Source: Planctomycetota bacterium (GTDB lineage Bacteria > Planctomycetota > UBA11346). From it: a stretch of 64,000 bases of DNA. Of this stretch, positions 10,639 through 19,627 are shown one piece after another (positions within the stretch are counted from its first letter, which is position 1; each line of letters begins with the position of its first letter). Location: assembly GCA_038231435.1 (NCBI GenBank), contig JBBRLJ010000002.1, forward strand, positions 145,896 through 209,895, written 5' to 3'. The notes under the pieces were generated by a model. That model was not told the origin of the DNA. It was given only the letters and a program-made list of their open reading frames with translations, and did no database searches. Position numbers and translations under genes: made by a program.

Positions 10639-11751
10639 ATGACGCATTCCCCATCCTGGTCCTTCCGCGTGCTCGCGGCGGCCTGCCTGCTGTGCCTGTC
10701 CGCGCTCGCCTGGCTTCCCGCGGAAGACGAGGTCGTCTGGCCGCCGGCCAAGCCCGCGTCCGAACCACCGGCCGGGACCACCCCCGCGCCAGCGCCCGCG
10801 CCGGCGCCCGGCGTCGCGGCACCAGCGGCGCCCGCGCCCGCGGCAGCCGTCAACACCCGCGCCATCACCAACGAGCGGTTCCTCGCCGCGGTGCGCGACT
10901 ACAGCGGCGGCAAAGGCTTGGCCATCGTCGAGCAGGGTGACGGACCGGTGCGTCTGATGCTGGTCGGCGGAGCCAAGCTCGACGGCTCCGCGGCTGGCCT
11001 CGCGCTCGCGAAGAAGGCGATCGACGGACTCGAGGTGTGGGCCGGATCGCAGGAGACCTTCATCGCCACGAAGCCGCCTGCGGGCGAGATCTACTGGCTG
11101 GTGGTGTTCGCCAGCGCCGACCAGGTCGGGGGCTGGATCGACTACCTGCGCGAGAAGAACATCGTGGGCAAGCCCGAGGGCGAGGATCTCACCAAGAAGG
11201 TGCTCGCGTTCCCCGGTCAGCGCACCTATTTCACCCATGCGCAGAAGGTGCAGCCGCTGGTCGACGCGTGGATGGTGTACAGCGCCAGCTGCATGGCCGT
11301 CGACGCGTTCTACCTGGCGCATGGCGACAAGACCCGTGCGCCCACGTGGATCCGCGAAGGACTGGGCTCGGAGCTGCAACGTGCGCTCTGCCAGAAGATC
11401 CTCTGCACCACCATCGCCTATGAGGACAAGTCCATGCCGATGAGCGACAGCTGGGCCACCGATGTGGCTCAGCTGTTCAAGTCGAACAACCGCCAGGCCA
11501 AGCCCGGCACCGAACTGATGCGCATGGGCCTCGAGTCGCTGCCCAATGTCTTCTATCAGCAGATGTGGAGCCTGTGCGCCTTCGTGCGCGCGTCGTGCGG
11601 CAACAAGAAGGGCGCCGAGAACAAGTTCCGCAAGCTCCTCGATCTCACCGCCGCCGGGACCTCCAGCGAGGACGCCGTCAAGCAGCTGTTCGGCAAGTCG
11701 GATCCCCTGCTGACCAACGCCTGGCATACCTGGGCGCTCCAGCAGAAATGA
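10639..11751 (+). CDS. Secreted hypothetical protein (possible degenerate zincin fold)
   Basis: Signal peptide, PA-rich linker and a PTWIREG motif, but no HExxH. Confidence 0.7.
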   Translation: MTHSPSWSFRVLAAACLLCLSALAWLPAEDEVVWPPAKPASEPPAGTTPAPAPAPAPGVAAPAAPAPAAAVNTRAITNERFLAAVRDYSGGKGLAIVEQGDGPVRLMLVGGAKLDGSAAGLALAKKAIDGLEVWAGSQETFIATKPPAGEIYWLVVFASADQVGGWIDYLREKNIVGKPEGEDLTKKVLAFPGQRTYFTHAQKVQPLVDAWMVYSASCMAVDAFYLAHGDKTRAPTWIREGLGSELQRALCQKILCTTIAYEDKSMPMSDSWATDVAQLFKSNNRQAKPGTELMRMGLESLPNVFYQQMWSLCAFVRASCGNKKGAENKFRKLLDLTAAGTSSEDAVKQLFGKSDPLLTNAWHTWALQQK

Positions 11752-12611
11752 CCGCCCGCCGGCCAGCCGCTCCGGCGGATCCACAGGCGCTGCTCGCCTT
11801 CGCTCTGCGCCACATGCGGGTCTCGAACTTCCCCGGCAGCGTCCAGCACACCGAGACCGGATCGTACGTGCTCGACCAGCGCACGATCTCCGACCACAAC
11901 CTCATCTACGTCACTCGCGGCGCCGCGCTGTGGGTCGTCGACGGGATCGACCACCGGCTGGACACGGGCGCGCTGGTTATCGTCCCTCCCGGGGTTCCGC
12001 ACAGCGGGCGCAGCCTGACCAGGATCATGACGCTCGCCTCCATCCATGTGCTCGCCGATCTGCCCGGCGGGCAGGATCTGTTCGCGCTGCTCGCGCCGCC
12101 GCGCCTGCGCAGGGTGGCGCCGGGCAGCCGCCTCGACGTGCTGTTCCGCAGCGCGGCGGAGGAGTACGCACGCGGCTTCGCCGAGGCCAGCACCATGATG
12201 GCGCACTGGGCGCCGCTGGTCCTCAAGGAGCTGCTGCGCCACGACGCCGCGGCCGGCGCGCTCGCCGTGCGCGGCGCCGATCCGGTGGTGACCGCGATCC
12301 TGGAATGGCTCGAGCGTCACCTCGCCGAAGCGGTGGCGCTGCCCGAGCTCGCGGCGCTCGCTGGCTACACTCCGCAGCACCTCAACCGGCGCTTCACCAG
12401 GGAGATCGGCATGACGCCGCTGACCTGCCTTGCGGGCATGCGCATGGAGCGCGCCGTGACCCTCCTGCGCGAGGGTAGGCTGTCCGTGCAGGCGGTCGGC
12501 AGCCGCGTCGGCTGCGCCGATCCCGCTTACTTCAGCCGCTTGTTCCGCAAGCACTTCGGACGAAGCCCGAGCGAATACCAGCGGCTCTCGGGTTCAGATT
12601 CTCCAAGCTGA
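11748..12611 (+). CDS. AraC-family transcriptional regulator
   Basis: Cupin N-terminus and a C-terminal double HTH (YFSRLFRKHFGRSPSEY); ATGA overlap with the upstream gene. Confidence 0.93.
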   Translation: MTARRPAAPADPQALLAFALRHMRVSNFPGSVQHTETGSYVLDQRTISDHNLIYVTRGAALWVVDGIDHRLDTGALVIVPPGVPHSGRSLTRIMTLASIHVLADLPGGQDLFALLAPPRLRRVAPGSRLDVLFRSAAEEYARGFAEASTMMAHWAPLVLKELLRHDAAAGALAVRGADPVVTAILEWLERHLAEAVALPELAALAGYTPQHLNRRFTREIGMTPLTCLAGMRMERAVTLLREGRLSVQAVGSRVGCADPAYFSRLFRKHFGRSPSEYQRLSGSDSPS

Positions 12612-12659
12612 GGCGCGGCGCGTCCATGTCGGGGGGAAGATCGCGGTTAGGATCGCGGC

Positions 12660-13496
12660 ATGGACACCCTGCACCTCGCCGACGTCTCCCACCACATCTC
12701 CGACGCCCAGTGGGAACAGTACCTTCGCGACGGCTACCTGCGCATCGGTCGCACGCTCTCGCAGGACGCCTTGGCGGGGCTGCGCACGCGCATCGACGAC
12801 ATCATGCTCGGCAAGGTGCGCGACGACCAGCTGATGATGCAGCTCGATCGCGGCGGCGAGACCGGTGGCGACTACGGATCCATGGCGGAGATGACGCTCG
12901 GCTTCAAGGGCGCGAGCCTGGACTACCGCAAGATCGAGAACCTCGAGCGCGACGACCTCTTCCTCTCCTATATGCAGCAGCCGCTCTTCCGCGAGATCTG
13001 CGCCTGGCACTACGGCGCGCACGCCGGCATATCGGCGTTCCGCGCGATGTTCATGAACAAGCCGGCGCGCAAGGGCACGCTGCTGCCCTGGCACCAGGAC
13101 GGCGGCGAGGGCTGGGGACTCGACCGCGATCCGCTCGCCACCATCTGGACCGCGCTCGATCCCGCGACCGTGGCCAACGGCTGCGTGCAGATCATCCCGG
13201 GCAGCCACCGCCTTGGGCTCCTGAGCAAGCGCGGGCATACCATCTCCGCCGAGCACGAGCACGAGCACTGCCCAGCGGACAAGACGGTGTTCCTCGAACT
13301 CGAGGCCGGTGAATCGGTGCTGCTGCACAACTGGCTGCTGCACCGCAGCGACGTCAATCGCACCGACATCCCGCGCCGCGCCTTCAGCATCTGCTACATG
13401 GACGCCCGCACCCGCGTCGAGCACGACGGCAAGCGCTTCCCCATCATCTTCGGCGACAACTCGCTGAAACCCCGCGTCTTCGCCCCCGTCGGCTGA
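12660..13496 (+). CDS. Phytanoyl-CoA dioxygenase (PhyH)-family Fe(II)/2OG oxygenase
   Basis: WHQD (HxD), NGC…PGSH, distal LLHRS and RRA motifs. Confidence 0.9.
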   Translation: MDTLHLADVSHHISDAQWEQYLRDGYLRIGRTLSQDALAGLRTRIDDIMLGKVRDDQLMMQLDRGGETGGDYGSMAEMTLGFKGASLDYRKIENLERDDLFLSYMQQPLFREICAWHYGAHAGISAFRAMFMNKPARKGTLLPWHQDGGEGWGLDRDPLATIWTALDPATVANGCVQIIPGSHRLGLLSKRGHTISAEHEHEHCPADKTVFLELEAGESVLLHNWLLHRSDVNRTDIPRRAFSICYMDARTRVEHDGKRFPIIFGDNSLKPRVFAPVG

Positions 13497-13506
13497 GCAT
13501 TCGTAC

Positions 13507-13687
13507 AGGGCTTGGCCCCCTGATTGGACGGGGCCCCATCGCTCCGCGATGGGGCGGGCGCCGAGGGGCGGTCGGCGGATATAATCGGCGAAGCCCATCC
13601 GCCGACGATGTCGCAGCGTAGCGGAGACATCGAGCCCCGACAAAGCCCGTGGGGTAGGCCCAAAGGGCCGTAGGGGCGAAGCCCCTG
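13507..13687 (-). repeat. Family A structured REP-like element, copy 1
   Basis: The reverse complement matches 38928-39068 and 44320-44466 and contains multiple hairpins. Confidence 0.85.
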
Positions 13688-13691
13688 AATG

Positions 13692-14252
13692 CTAAAGCGC
13701 TCGGTCGGCCTCTGCGCGCGAGGCCTGGTCAAGGGCGGCCAGGGATTCGATAACGTAGCGGTTGCCGAGCGTGTCGCGGATGAGGACCTGGTCGGGCGCC
13801 ACGCGGCTGACGTTCTTGCTCGGTTCGCGCAGCAGGAAGCGCCTGCGCCCGCGATCGGTATCGACGTCCCAGTAGCGGTTGCCGAAATCGACGCGGGTGG
13901 TGTGCACGCGCGAGATGCGCGCGATGCAGTAGCGGCGGTCGAGCTCCCCCTGGGCAATCGCCCGCGACTCGATCGGGAACGCTTCGATGCCGGACAACAT
14001 CGCCAGGCACGCCTTCTTGTCGCTCAGCAGCGCGATGTCCCCGCCCCGGCCGGTGATCGGACGCGCCCAGACCAGGCGCACGGGCACCGGTTCGGCCGCG
14101 TCGATGGCCGCGAAGACGCGGTCGAGCCGGCGCGAGAGCACGACGATCGGCGGACGGTCCATGCGCGCCAGCGTATCGCCGCTGGCGCAAGCCGCGAGCG
14201 CGGCCTCCGCCGGAGGCGTGAGGGTAGCCGACCTCTCCGCGTTGTCGTTCAT
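13692..14252 (-). CDS. DUF1854-like protein
   Basis: ELDRRY…I.RV…WDVDTDRG.R.F…IRDTLGNRY.I pattern; coupled to the ABC transporter, as is usual for this family. Confidence 0.8.
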   Translation of the reverse strand: MNDNAERSATLTPPAEAALAACASGDTLARMDRPPIVVLSRRLDRVFAAIDAAEPVPVRLVWARPITGRGGDIALLSDKKACLAMLSGIEAFPIESRAIAQGELDRRYCIARISRVHTTRVDFGNRYWDVDTDRGRRRFLLREPSKNVSRVAPDQVLIRDTLGNRYVIESLAALDQASRAEADRAL

Positions 14253-16483
14253 GCGATCTCCACGATCTGCTCGGCCTTGAGCTTGTTGATCTCGCCCTGC
14301 AGGCGCACCAGCTTGGCGAAATGGCCGCCGTCCTTCGCCATCAGCTCGTCGTGCGTCCCCTGCTCGACGATCGCGCCGTCATCGACCACCACCAGGCGAT
14401 GGGCGTTGCGCAGCGTCGCCAGCCGATGCGCGATGGCGATGGTGGTGCGCCCGCGGATCAGCCGCGCGATCGCCTCCTGGATCGCTTTCTCGGTCTCCGA
14501 ATCCACCGCCGAGGTCGCCTCGTCGAGGATCAGCAGCTTGGGATCGTGCAGGATGGCGCGCGCGATCGACAGGCGCTGGCGCTCACCGCCCGAGAGTTCG
14601 GCGCCGCCCTCGCCCACCAGGGTATCGTAGCCGTCCTCCTTCTCGAGGATGAAGTCCTGGCAATGCGCGGCCCTCGCCGCCTCGACCACCTCGGCGAAGG
14701 TCGCCTCGGGCCGGCCGTAGCGGATGTTGTCCAGGATCGAGCCGTGGAAGAGGAACGGATCCTGCATGACGATGCCGATGTGGCGGCGATAGGTCTCGAG
14801 CGGCAAATCCTGGAGGCGCACGCCGTCGATCAGGATCTCGCCGTGGTCGGCGTCGTAGAAGCGGCACAGCAGGTTGATGATCGTGCTCTTGCCGGCGCCC
14901 GAGCGCCCCACCAGACCGAGCATCTGCCCTGCCGGGACCTCGAAGGTCACGTCCTTGAGCACTTCCTTGCCGCGCTCGTAGCTGAAGCTCACGCCCCGGA
15001 ACTCGACCTTGCCGACGAACGCCGCGGGCTCGGGCGCGCCCGGTACCGGCGTAGCGGCGGCGACATAGTCCTCGGGCTTCTGGTCGAGCACGTTGAAGAC
15101 GCGCTCGGCGCCAGCGAAGGCGCCGGTCATCCAGTTGAGGATCGCCGCGAACCACTGCAGCGGTCCGTAGAACATCGCCATCAGACCGGCAAACGCACTG
15201 ATGTCGCCGAGCGTCGGGCTCTTGCCGTCGCTGCCGACGACCCCCTTCGCGCCGTAGTACCACACGCCGATCATGCCCATCTGCATCACGAAAGCGAGCA
15301 CCTCGAAGAAGCTGAAGTTGGTACGGTCGGTGGCGAGGTTGGCGGCGAACAACTGGTTGTTGGCCTTGGTGAATTCGGCCGAACGGCGCTGCTCCTGGCT
15401 CAGCGACTTCACCACCTTGAGTCCGCGCAGCGATTCGTTGAGCAGGGAATAGAGCTTGCCGCGGCGGTTGTTGCGGCGGTGGAACAGCGGGATGAGGCGC
15501 TTCCAGAACCACGCGCCTCCACCGATCAGGAACGGCACCGGCATGAAGGCGATGACCGCCAGCAGCGGATTGAGGCAGACCAGGATCGAGGCGATGGTCA
15601 CCAGCGAGATGACGTTCACCAGCATGTAAGGCAGCCCGTCCTTGAGGAAGTGCTGCAGCTCGCTGGTGTCGTTCATCACCCTGCCGACCATCTCGCCGGC
15701 GTCACGCTTGCCGTGGTATGACATCTTCATGCGCAGCAGGTGCTCGTGCAGCCGCGCCTGCAGATCGGCCACCACGCGGCCGCTCAGCCACACCGCCAGC
15801 ATGTTGGAGACCAGCCGGCAGAGCATGCCGCCGACAATCGAGGCGAAGATCATCCCGATCCAGAAGGGCAGGGATTGGAGGTTCCTGGGCACGATCACGT
15901 CATCGGTGATGTGCTTGTAGGCGAGCGGCGGCGCCATGGAGACGCCGACGCCCAGCAGGGTCACCGCCAACAGCAGGAACGCCGGCACGCGGTGCGGGCG
16001 CACCAGCCCAACGATGCGCAGCAATATACGTCCCTTGGGCACGCACAGCGGGCAGTTCGCGCCGCGCTCCGGGAGCGGCGCCTGGCAGCGCGGGCAGAAC
16101 GGCGATTCGAGCTCGGTCGGCAGCAGCGGCACGCGCTTCGCGACGACGTCGTTGATGGCGCGGGCGATGGCCGCGAACTCCGCCACCAGGTTGCGGGTGA
16201 AATACGCCAGCACCCGCTCGCCATCGGTGGTGGTCACGGTCAGGCGCGCGCTCCCGTAGAGCTCGTCGGTGGCGGCCTTGGTCACGTTGGCGATCGGCAG
16301 CGACAGCAGGACCTTGCGCTCATCCATGACGATGACGTGACCGCCGGTGAGCGCGACCCGCAGCTCGGCGTAGCGCTGATCGAAGTCGAGGTCCGCGGTG
16401 ATACGCGCGTGCACGGGTTCGCCCGGCGCCGCCTCGGAGAGGAGACGTTCGCTGGCCGCGGGAAAGGCTGACTGGAAGGGCAT
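14249..16483 (-). CDS. Fused ABC exporter (TMD+NBD) with N-terminal extension and zinc ribbon
   Basis: Walker A GRSGAGKS, LSGGERQR, LILDEATS and IAHRL; N-terminal CPRC…CPLC. Confidence 0.93.
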   Translation of the reverse strand: MPFQSAFPAASERLLSEAAPGEPVHARITADLDFDQRYAELRVALTGGHVIVMDERKVLLSLPIANVTKAATDELYGSARLTVTTTDGERVLAYFTRNLVAEFAAIARAINDVVAKRVPLLPTELESPFCPRCQAPLPERGANCPLCVPKGRILLRIVGLVRPHRVPAFLLLAVTLLGVGVSMAPPLAYKHITDDVIVPRNLQSLPFWIGMIFASIVGGMLCRLVSNMLAVWLSGRVVADLQARLHEHLLRMKMSYHGKRDAGEMVGRVMNDTSELQHFLKDGLPYMLVNVISLVTIASILVCLNPLLAVIAFMPVPFLIGGGAWFWKRLIPLFHRRNNRRGKLYSLLNESLRGLKVVKSLSQEQRRSAEFTKANNQLFAANLATDRTNFSFFEVLAFVMQMGMIGVWYYGAKGVVGSDGKSPTLGDISAFAGLMAMFYGPLQWFAAILNWMTGAFAGAERVFNVLDQKPEDYVAAATPVPGAPEPAAFVGKVEFRGVSFSYERGKEVLKDVTFEVPAGQMLGLVGRSGAGKSTIINLLCRFYDADHGEILIDGVRLQDLPLETYRRHIGIVMQDPFLFHGSILDNIRYGRPEATFAEVVEAARAAHCQDFILEKEDGYDTLVGEGGAELSGGERQRLSIARAILHDPKLLILDEATSAVDSETEKAIQEAIARLIRGRTTIAIAHRLATLRNAHRLVVVDDGAIVEQGTHDELMAKDGGHFAKLVRLQGEINKLKAEQIVEIA

Positions 16484-16701
16484 GCGGAATCCGACGGATG
16501 GGAGTGGCTCGGGAAGTCAGTATGACAACGGGAACGGTCGGTCGAGATGAGGCCGCGCCGGCATGCCACCACCGGTTGGCGCGTCGGAAGCGGGATGCCA
16601 CTGCGGGGATCGTCGCCGAATCGCCCCGGCATATCCGATCCGGGAAGTCACGAATGGTGGTATCTGGACGTGGACAGCTGGGGCTGCCGATCCGCGCAAT
16701 A

Positions 16702-16729
16702 TAACTATATGTTACTGAGCGATTGTCAA
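16702..16729 (-). promoter_or_regulatory. Putative promoter/operator upstream of the ABC exporter
   Basis: TTGACA (minus strand, 16724-16729) and the palindrome TAAC-TATAT-GTTA (16702-16714) lie in an AT-rich patch; the -10 match is imperfect. Confidence 0.45.
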
Positions 16730-16768
16730 CTAAGCACCGGAGCGGCCTCCCGCCGTCCATCGCGAACG

Positions 16769-17134
16769 TCACGCGGTGGCGCTGCTGTCCGGTGGAGGAT
16801 TCTTCGCGAAGCGCACCGCGCGGATGCGGGCCGCGCCGATCAGCACCGCCTTCGCGATGCGGTGGATCCCATCCATCACCTGCCCGTCCTGATCGAGGAT
16901 GATCGGCTTCTTCAAGTCCGCATCGATGATCTGTTTGCAATGACGCGCCACCGCCCTGGTGGTGGGACGCTCGCCGTGATTGAACCACAGGTCCTGGTCC
17001 AGGCATGAGGAGACTTCGCCCACCGGCATCTCGACGATCGGCAGATCCTGCGCCAGCCGCCACAATCGTGGAACCGACCACTCCTGCCGCGTTCCGCGCA
17101 GGACGGCCGCGTAGGTCTGGACCTCCTCGGTCAT
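16769..17134 (-). CDS. Stand-alone ParB/Sulfiredoxin-like domain protein (paralog 1)
   Basis: PIILDQDGQVMDGIHRIAKA matches the ParB-N/Srx PIxV…DGxHR motif; no HTH. Confidence 0.75.
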   Translation of the reverse strand: MTEEVQTYAAVLRGTRQEWSVPRLWRLAQDLPIVEMPVGEVSSCLDQDLWFNHGERPTTRAVARHCKQIIDADLKKPIILDQDGQVMDGIHRIAKAVLIGAARIRAVRFAKNPPPDSSATA

Positions 17135-17144
17135 CCCGCCCCCG

Positions 17145-17831
17145 TCATCGTCCGACTGTCGCCACGGTCGCGCTGGCGACCTCGATCGAGGCCATGCGCT
17201 TGTCCTCGCCGAAGCGCGCGTTGACCGCATGCCCTTCGTGGTCGATCGCGGTGATGTCGCGGCCATCCGACGTATGCGACCACTTCAGCCATTTCACGTA
17301 ACCGAGAAACGCGTTGAAGTGGTTGGACAGGTCCAGCTCCGTCACCGCCTGCGAGAAAACGGCGGCGGCCTTGGCCGCATCGGTGGTCGGCAAGGCTGGA
17401 AACGCCGGATCGGTGATGACGCCGTACAGGGCTCCGCCGTCGTAGGCGACGCGGAAGTACGGGCCCACGCCGAACAGGCCGCTGGCGATGGAGGCGATGA
17501 CCTCGCCTCGCACCAACTCGAGCGCCTGCTCGGGAATCCGCAGATCCTCGATGCCCTTTTCGGCGCCAGTGGCGCACAGTTTCTCGGCCGCCTTGGCCAT
17601 CGCCTTGGGCGCGGTGGACTTGCTTTCGGCCCACGACCACAACCAGCTCTTGCTGGCGATCGATTCGGTGCCGAGCAGCTGGGCCAGCCAGCCCTGCTCG
17701 CCGAAGACCGCCATGCCCGTCTTGGCATCGAGGGAATACGGCGTATCCGCGACGACGCTCAGCAGATGGGCGTGCTTCTGGCGCGAGGCCACGGCGTGCA
17801 GATCGAACAGGTCGCGGAGCTTGTCGTGCAT
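17145..17831 (-). CDS. DUF6882-like hypothetical protein
   Basis: AQLLGTES…SWLWSWA motif; GGAGAGG SD upstream. Confidence 0.65.
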   Translation of the reverse strand: MHDKLRDLFDLHAVASRQKHAHLLSVVADTPYSLDAKTGMAVFGEQGWLAQLLGTESIASKSWLWSWAESKSTAPKAMAKAAEKLCATGAEKGIEDLRIPEQALELVRGEVIASIASGLFGVGPYFRVAYDGGALYGVITDPAFPALPTTDAAKAAAVFSQAVTELDLSNHFNAFLGYVKWLKWSHTSDGRDITAIDHEGHAVNARFGEDKRMASIEVASATVATVGR

Positions 17832-17879
17832 GTCCTCTCCTGGCCCTCTCCTAGGCGGATTGCGCTGCGCGCGGAACCG

Positions 17880-18203
17880 TCACGCGTGCGACTTGGTCAG
17901 GTGCATGGTGAACGTCCAATAATGGGTCAGCGCATCGAAGATCACCTTCAGTTGCTGGGATTCTTCCTGCGGAAATGCCGGCGCGGGAGACCAGTCGCTG
18001 AAATGCCCGGTGCCGCCCATGGGCACGCCCTTGAACGCGAGGTAGGCGCGCTCGGTCTCCCCTGCCTCGAGGGCTGCCAGGCATTCGTTCAGCTTGGGCA
18101 GGTCGCGATGCTCGCAGCGATGGTCGACGCAGAACTTCGCCAAGGCGCGCGTGGTGCGCTTCTGGAGATTGATGAATGACGACGTGTAGCGCGCGGTGAC
18201 CAC
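17880..18203 (-). CDS. Small hypothetical protein, immunity-protein-like
   Basis: GTG start after a GGGAGG SD; helical, with MGGTGHFSDW reminiscent of GGMGSFND-type families. Confidence 0.5.
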   Translation of the reverse strand: MVTARYTSSFINLQKRTTRALAKFCVDHRCEHRDLPKLNECLAALEAGETERAYLAFKGVPMGGTGHFSDWSPAPAFPQEESQQLKVIFDALTHYWTFTMHLTKSHA

Positions 18204-18377
18204 GGCCCCTCCCTTCCAGGGTGCCGGGGGATGGGAACCCCGACAGATAAGGATACCATGGGGACGGTTGCCGCACAACTTGGGGCGCAGAGGCCGTAAC
18301 CCCATCGAAGCCTAGGTTTTGCGCTAATCCATGGGGCCGGTGACTGATCGTTGATGGGGTGGGATCTGCGCAGCGGC

Positions 18378-18743
18378 CTATTTGCCGCCGAAAGCCAGCA
18401 CGATGAACGCGAGCACCGCGAGCGTCATCCCGATGTACGCGGTCACGGTCAGCACCTCACCAAGGAGCAGGAAGCCGAGTGCGTTGCCGAGCACGATCGA
18501 GGCCGCACCGAACAGCGCCGCGGTTTTGCCCAGCTCGATCGAGGCGAACACGTACAGCTGACCAAAGGTGGCGAAGATGCGGATGGTGAAATAGAGCGCG
18601 AACCACCAGCTCACCAGGTTGGCGGCGGTGAAGCCGCCCTGCCGCATATGCGTCCTCGCGATCAGGTCGCCCCAGGTGAACAGCAGCTGCGCCGCGACCA
18701 GGATCGAGATCGTCCACGCCATCGATGGGGCCGGCTGGCTCAT
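18378..18743 (-). CDS. SMR/EamA(DMT)-type small membrane transporter
   Basis: Four hydrophobic helices and the GFLLLGEVLT…IG motif; ATGA overlap with ParB-like paralog 2. Confidence 0.75.
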   Translation of the reverse strand: MSQPAPSMAWTISILVAAQLLFTWGDLIARTHMRQGGFTAANLVSWWFALYFTIRIFATFGQLYVFASIELGKTAALFGAASIVLGNALGFLLLGEVLTVTAYIGMTLAVLAFIVLAFGGK

Positions 18744-19141
18744 GGGTCCTCGACGCGATCGGGCGCGGGTGTGATCGGGAACTGCACGGTGTTGATGGTC
18801 TTCTTGCCGAGGATCCAGGCCTTGGCGATGCGATGCATACCATCCATCAGCTGGCCTTCGTGATCGAGGATGATCGGGAAGCGCAGATCGGCGTCGATGA
18901 TCTTGCGACAATGCCCGAGCACCCCGCGCGTCGTCGCGACAGCCCCATTGTTATACCAGAAATCGCTGTCGAGGTAGACGGCGAATTCGATCAACGCGAC
19001 CTTGCGCACCGGCAAGGACCGCGACAGCTCCCACAGCCGCGAGACGCGCCAAACGTGGCGGCGGCCGCGGCGCACTGCGATGAACGAGTGCTCGGGATCG
19101 GGCACCACGATCGGCTTGTCATTGATGATGGGATCGGTCAT
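18740..19141 (-). CDS. Stand-alone ParB/Sulfiredoxin-like domain protein (paralog 2)
   Basis: FPIILDHEGQLMDGMHRIAKA; aligns without gaps to 16769-17134. Confidence 0.75.
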   Translation of the reverse strand: MTDPIINDKPIVVPDPEHSFIAVRRGRRHVWRVSRLWELSRSLPVRKVALIEFAVYLDSDFWYNNGAVATTRGVLGHCRKIIDADLRFPIILDHEGQLMDGMHRIAKAWILGKKTINTVQFPITPAPDRVEDP

Positions 19142-19200
19142 GGATCCGGCATGGCTCAGCAGGTCGTACGCCGGATGCGCATTCCGACAAGCCAGGTGTC

Positions 19201-19617
19201 TCAAGCCAACGGCTCAGACGCCTTCAGTACCCACGCCTGGGGATGATGCGTGAAGCCGATCTTCGGATAGTACTCGACCGCGGCTGGCGCAGCCAGCAGC
19301 ACGATCGAGCTGCGCGGCCCCATGCGGCCGCGCGTCTGGCGGATCATCTCCTTGCCGATGCCCAGGCGCTGGTGCGTGTCGCGCACCGCCAGATCGGCGA
19401 GGTAGCCGACGTAGGCGAAGTCGGTGAGCGTGCGCGAGATCCCGACCAGCAGCGTGGCGTCCCAGGCGCTCACCACCAGGTTGGCCTGGCCCAGCATCTC
19501 GCCCATGATCTCGCGACTGTCGATCGGTCGTCGCGCTCCCAGGGTCGAGGCCCGGTAGAGCTCGATCACCGCGTCGAGGTCGAGGTCGTTGCCGAAGCGA
19601 TAGTCGATGGTGGCCAT
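19201..19617 (-). CDS. GNAT family N-acetyltransferase
   Basis: YLADLAV…HQRLGIG acetyl-CoA motif and YYPKIGF. Confidence 0.9.
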   Translation of the reverse strand: MATIDYRFGNDLDLDAVIELYRASTLGARRPIDSREIMGEMLGQANLVVSAWDATLLVGISRTLTDFAYVGYLADLAVRDTHQRLGIGKEMIRQTRGRMGPRSSIVLLAAPAAVEYYPKIGFTHHPQAWVLKASEPLA

Positions 19618-19627
19618 GGCCCGAGGC

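Noticed and set aside
16484..16700. Known riboswitch in the ABC-exporter leader
   Set aside because: No consensus of cobalamin, TPP, SAM, FMN or c-di-GMP riboswitches was recognisable on the coding strand by eye.
16769..19141. Chromosome or plasmid partition (parABS) locus
   Set aside because: The ParB-like proteins lack HTH and dimerisation domains, and no parA or parS palindrome was seen.
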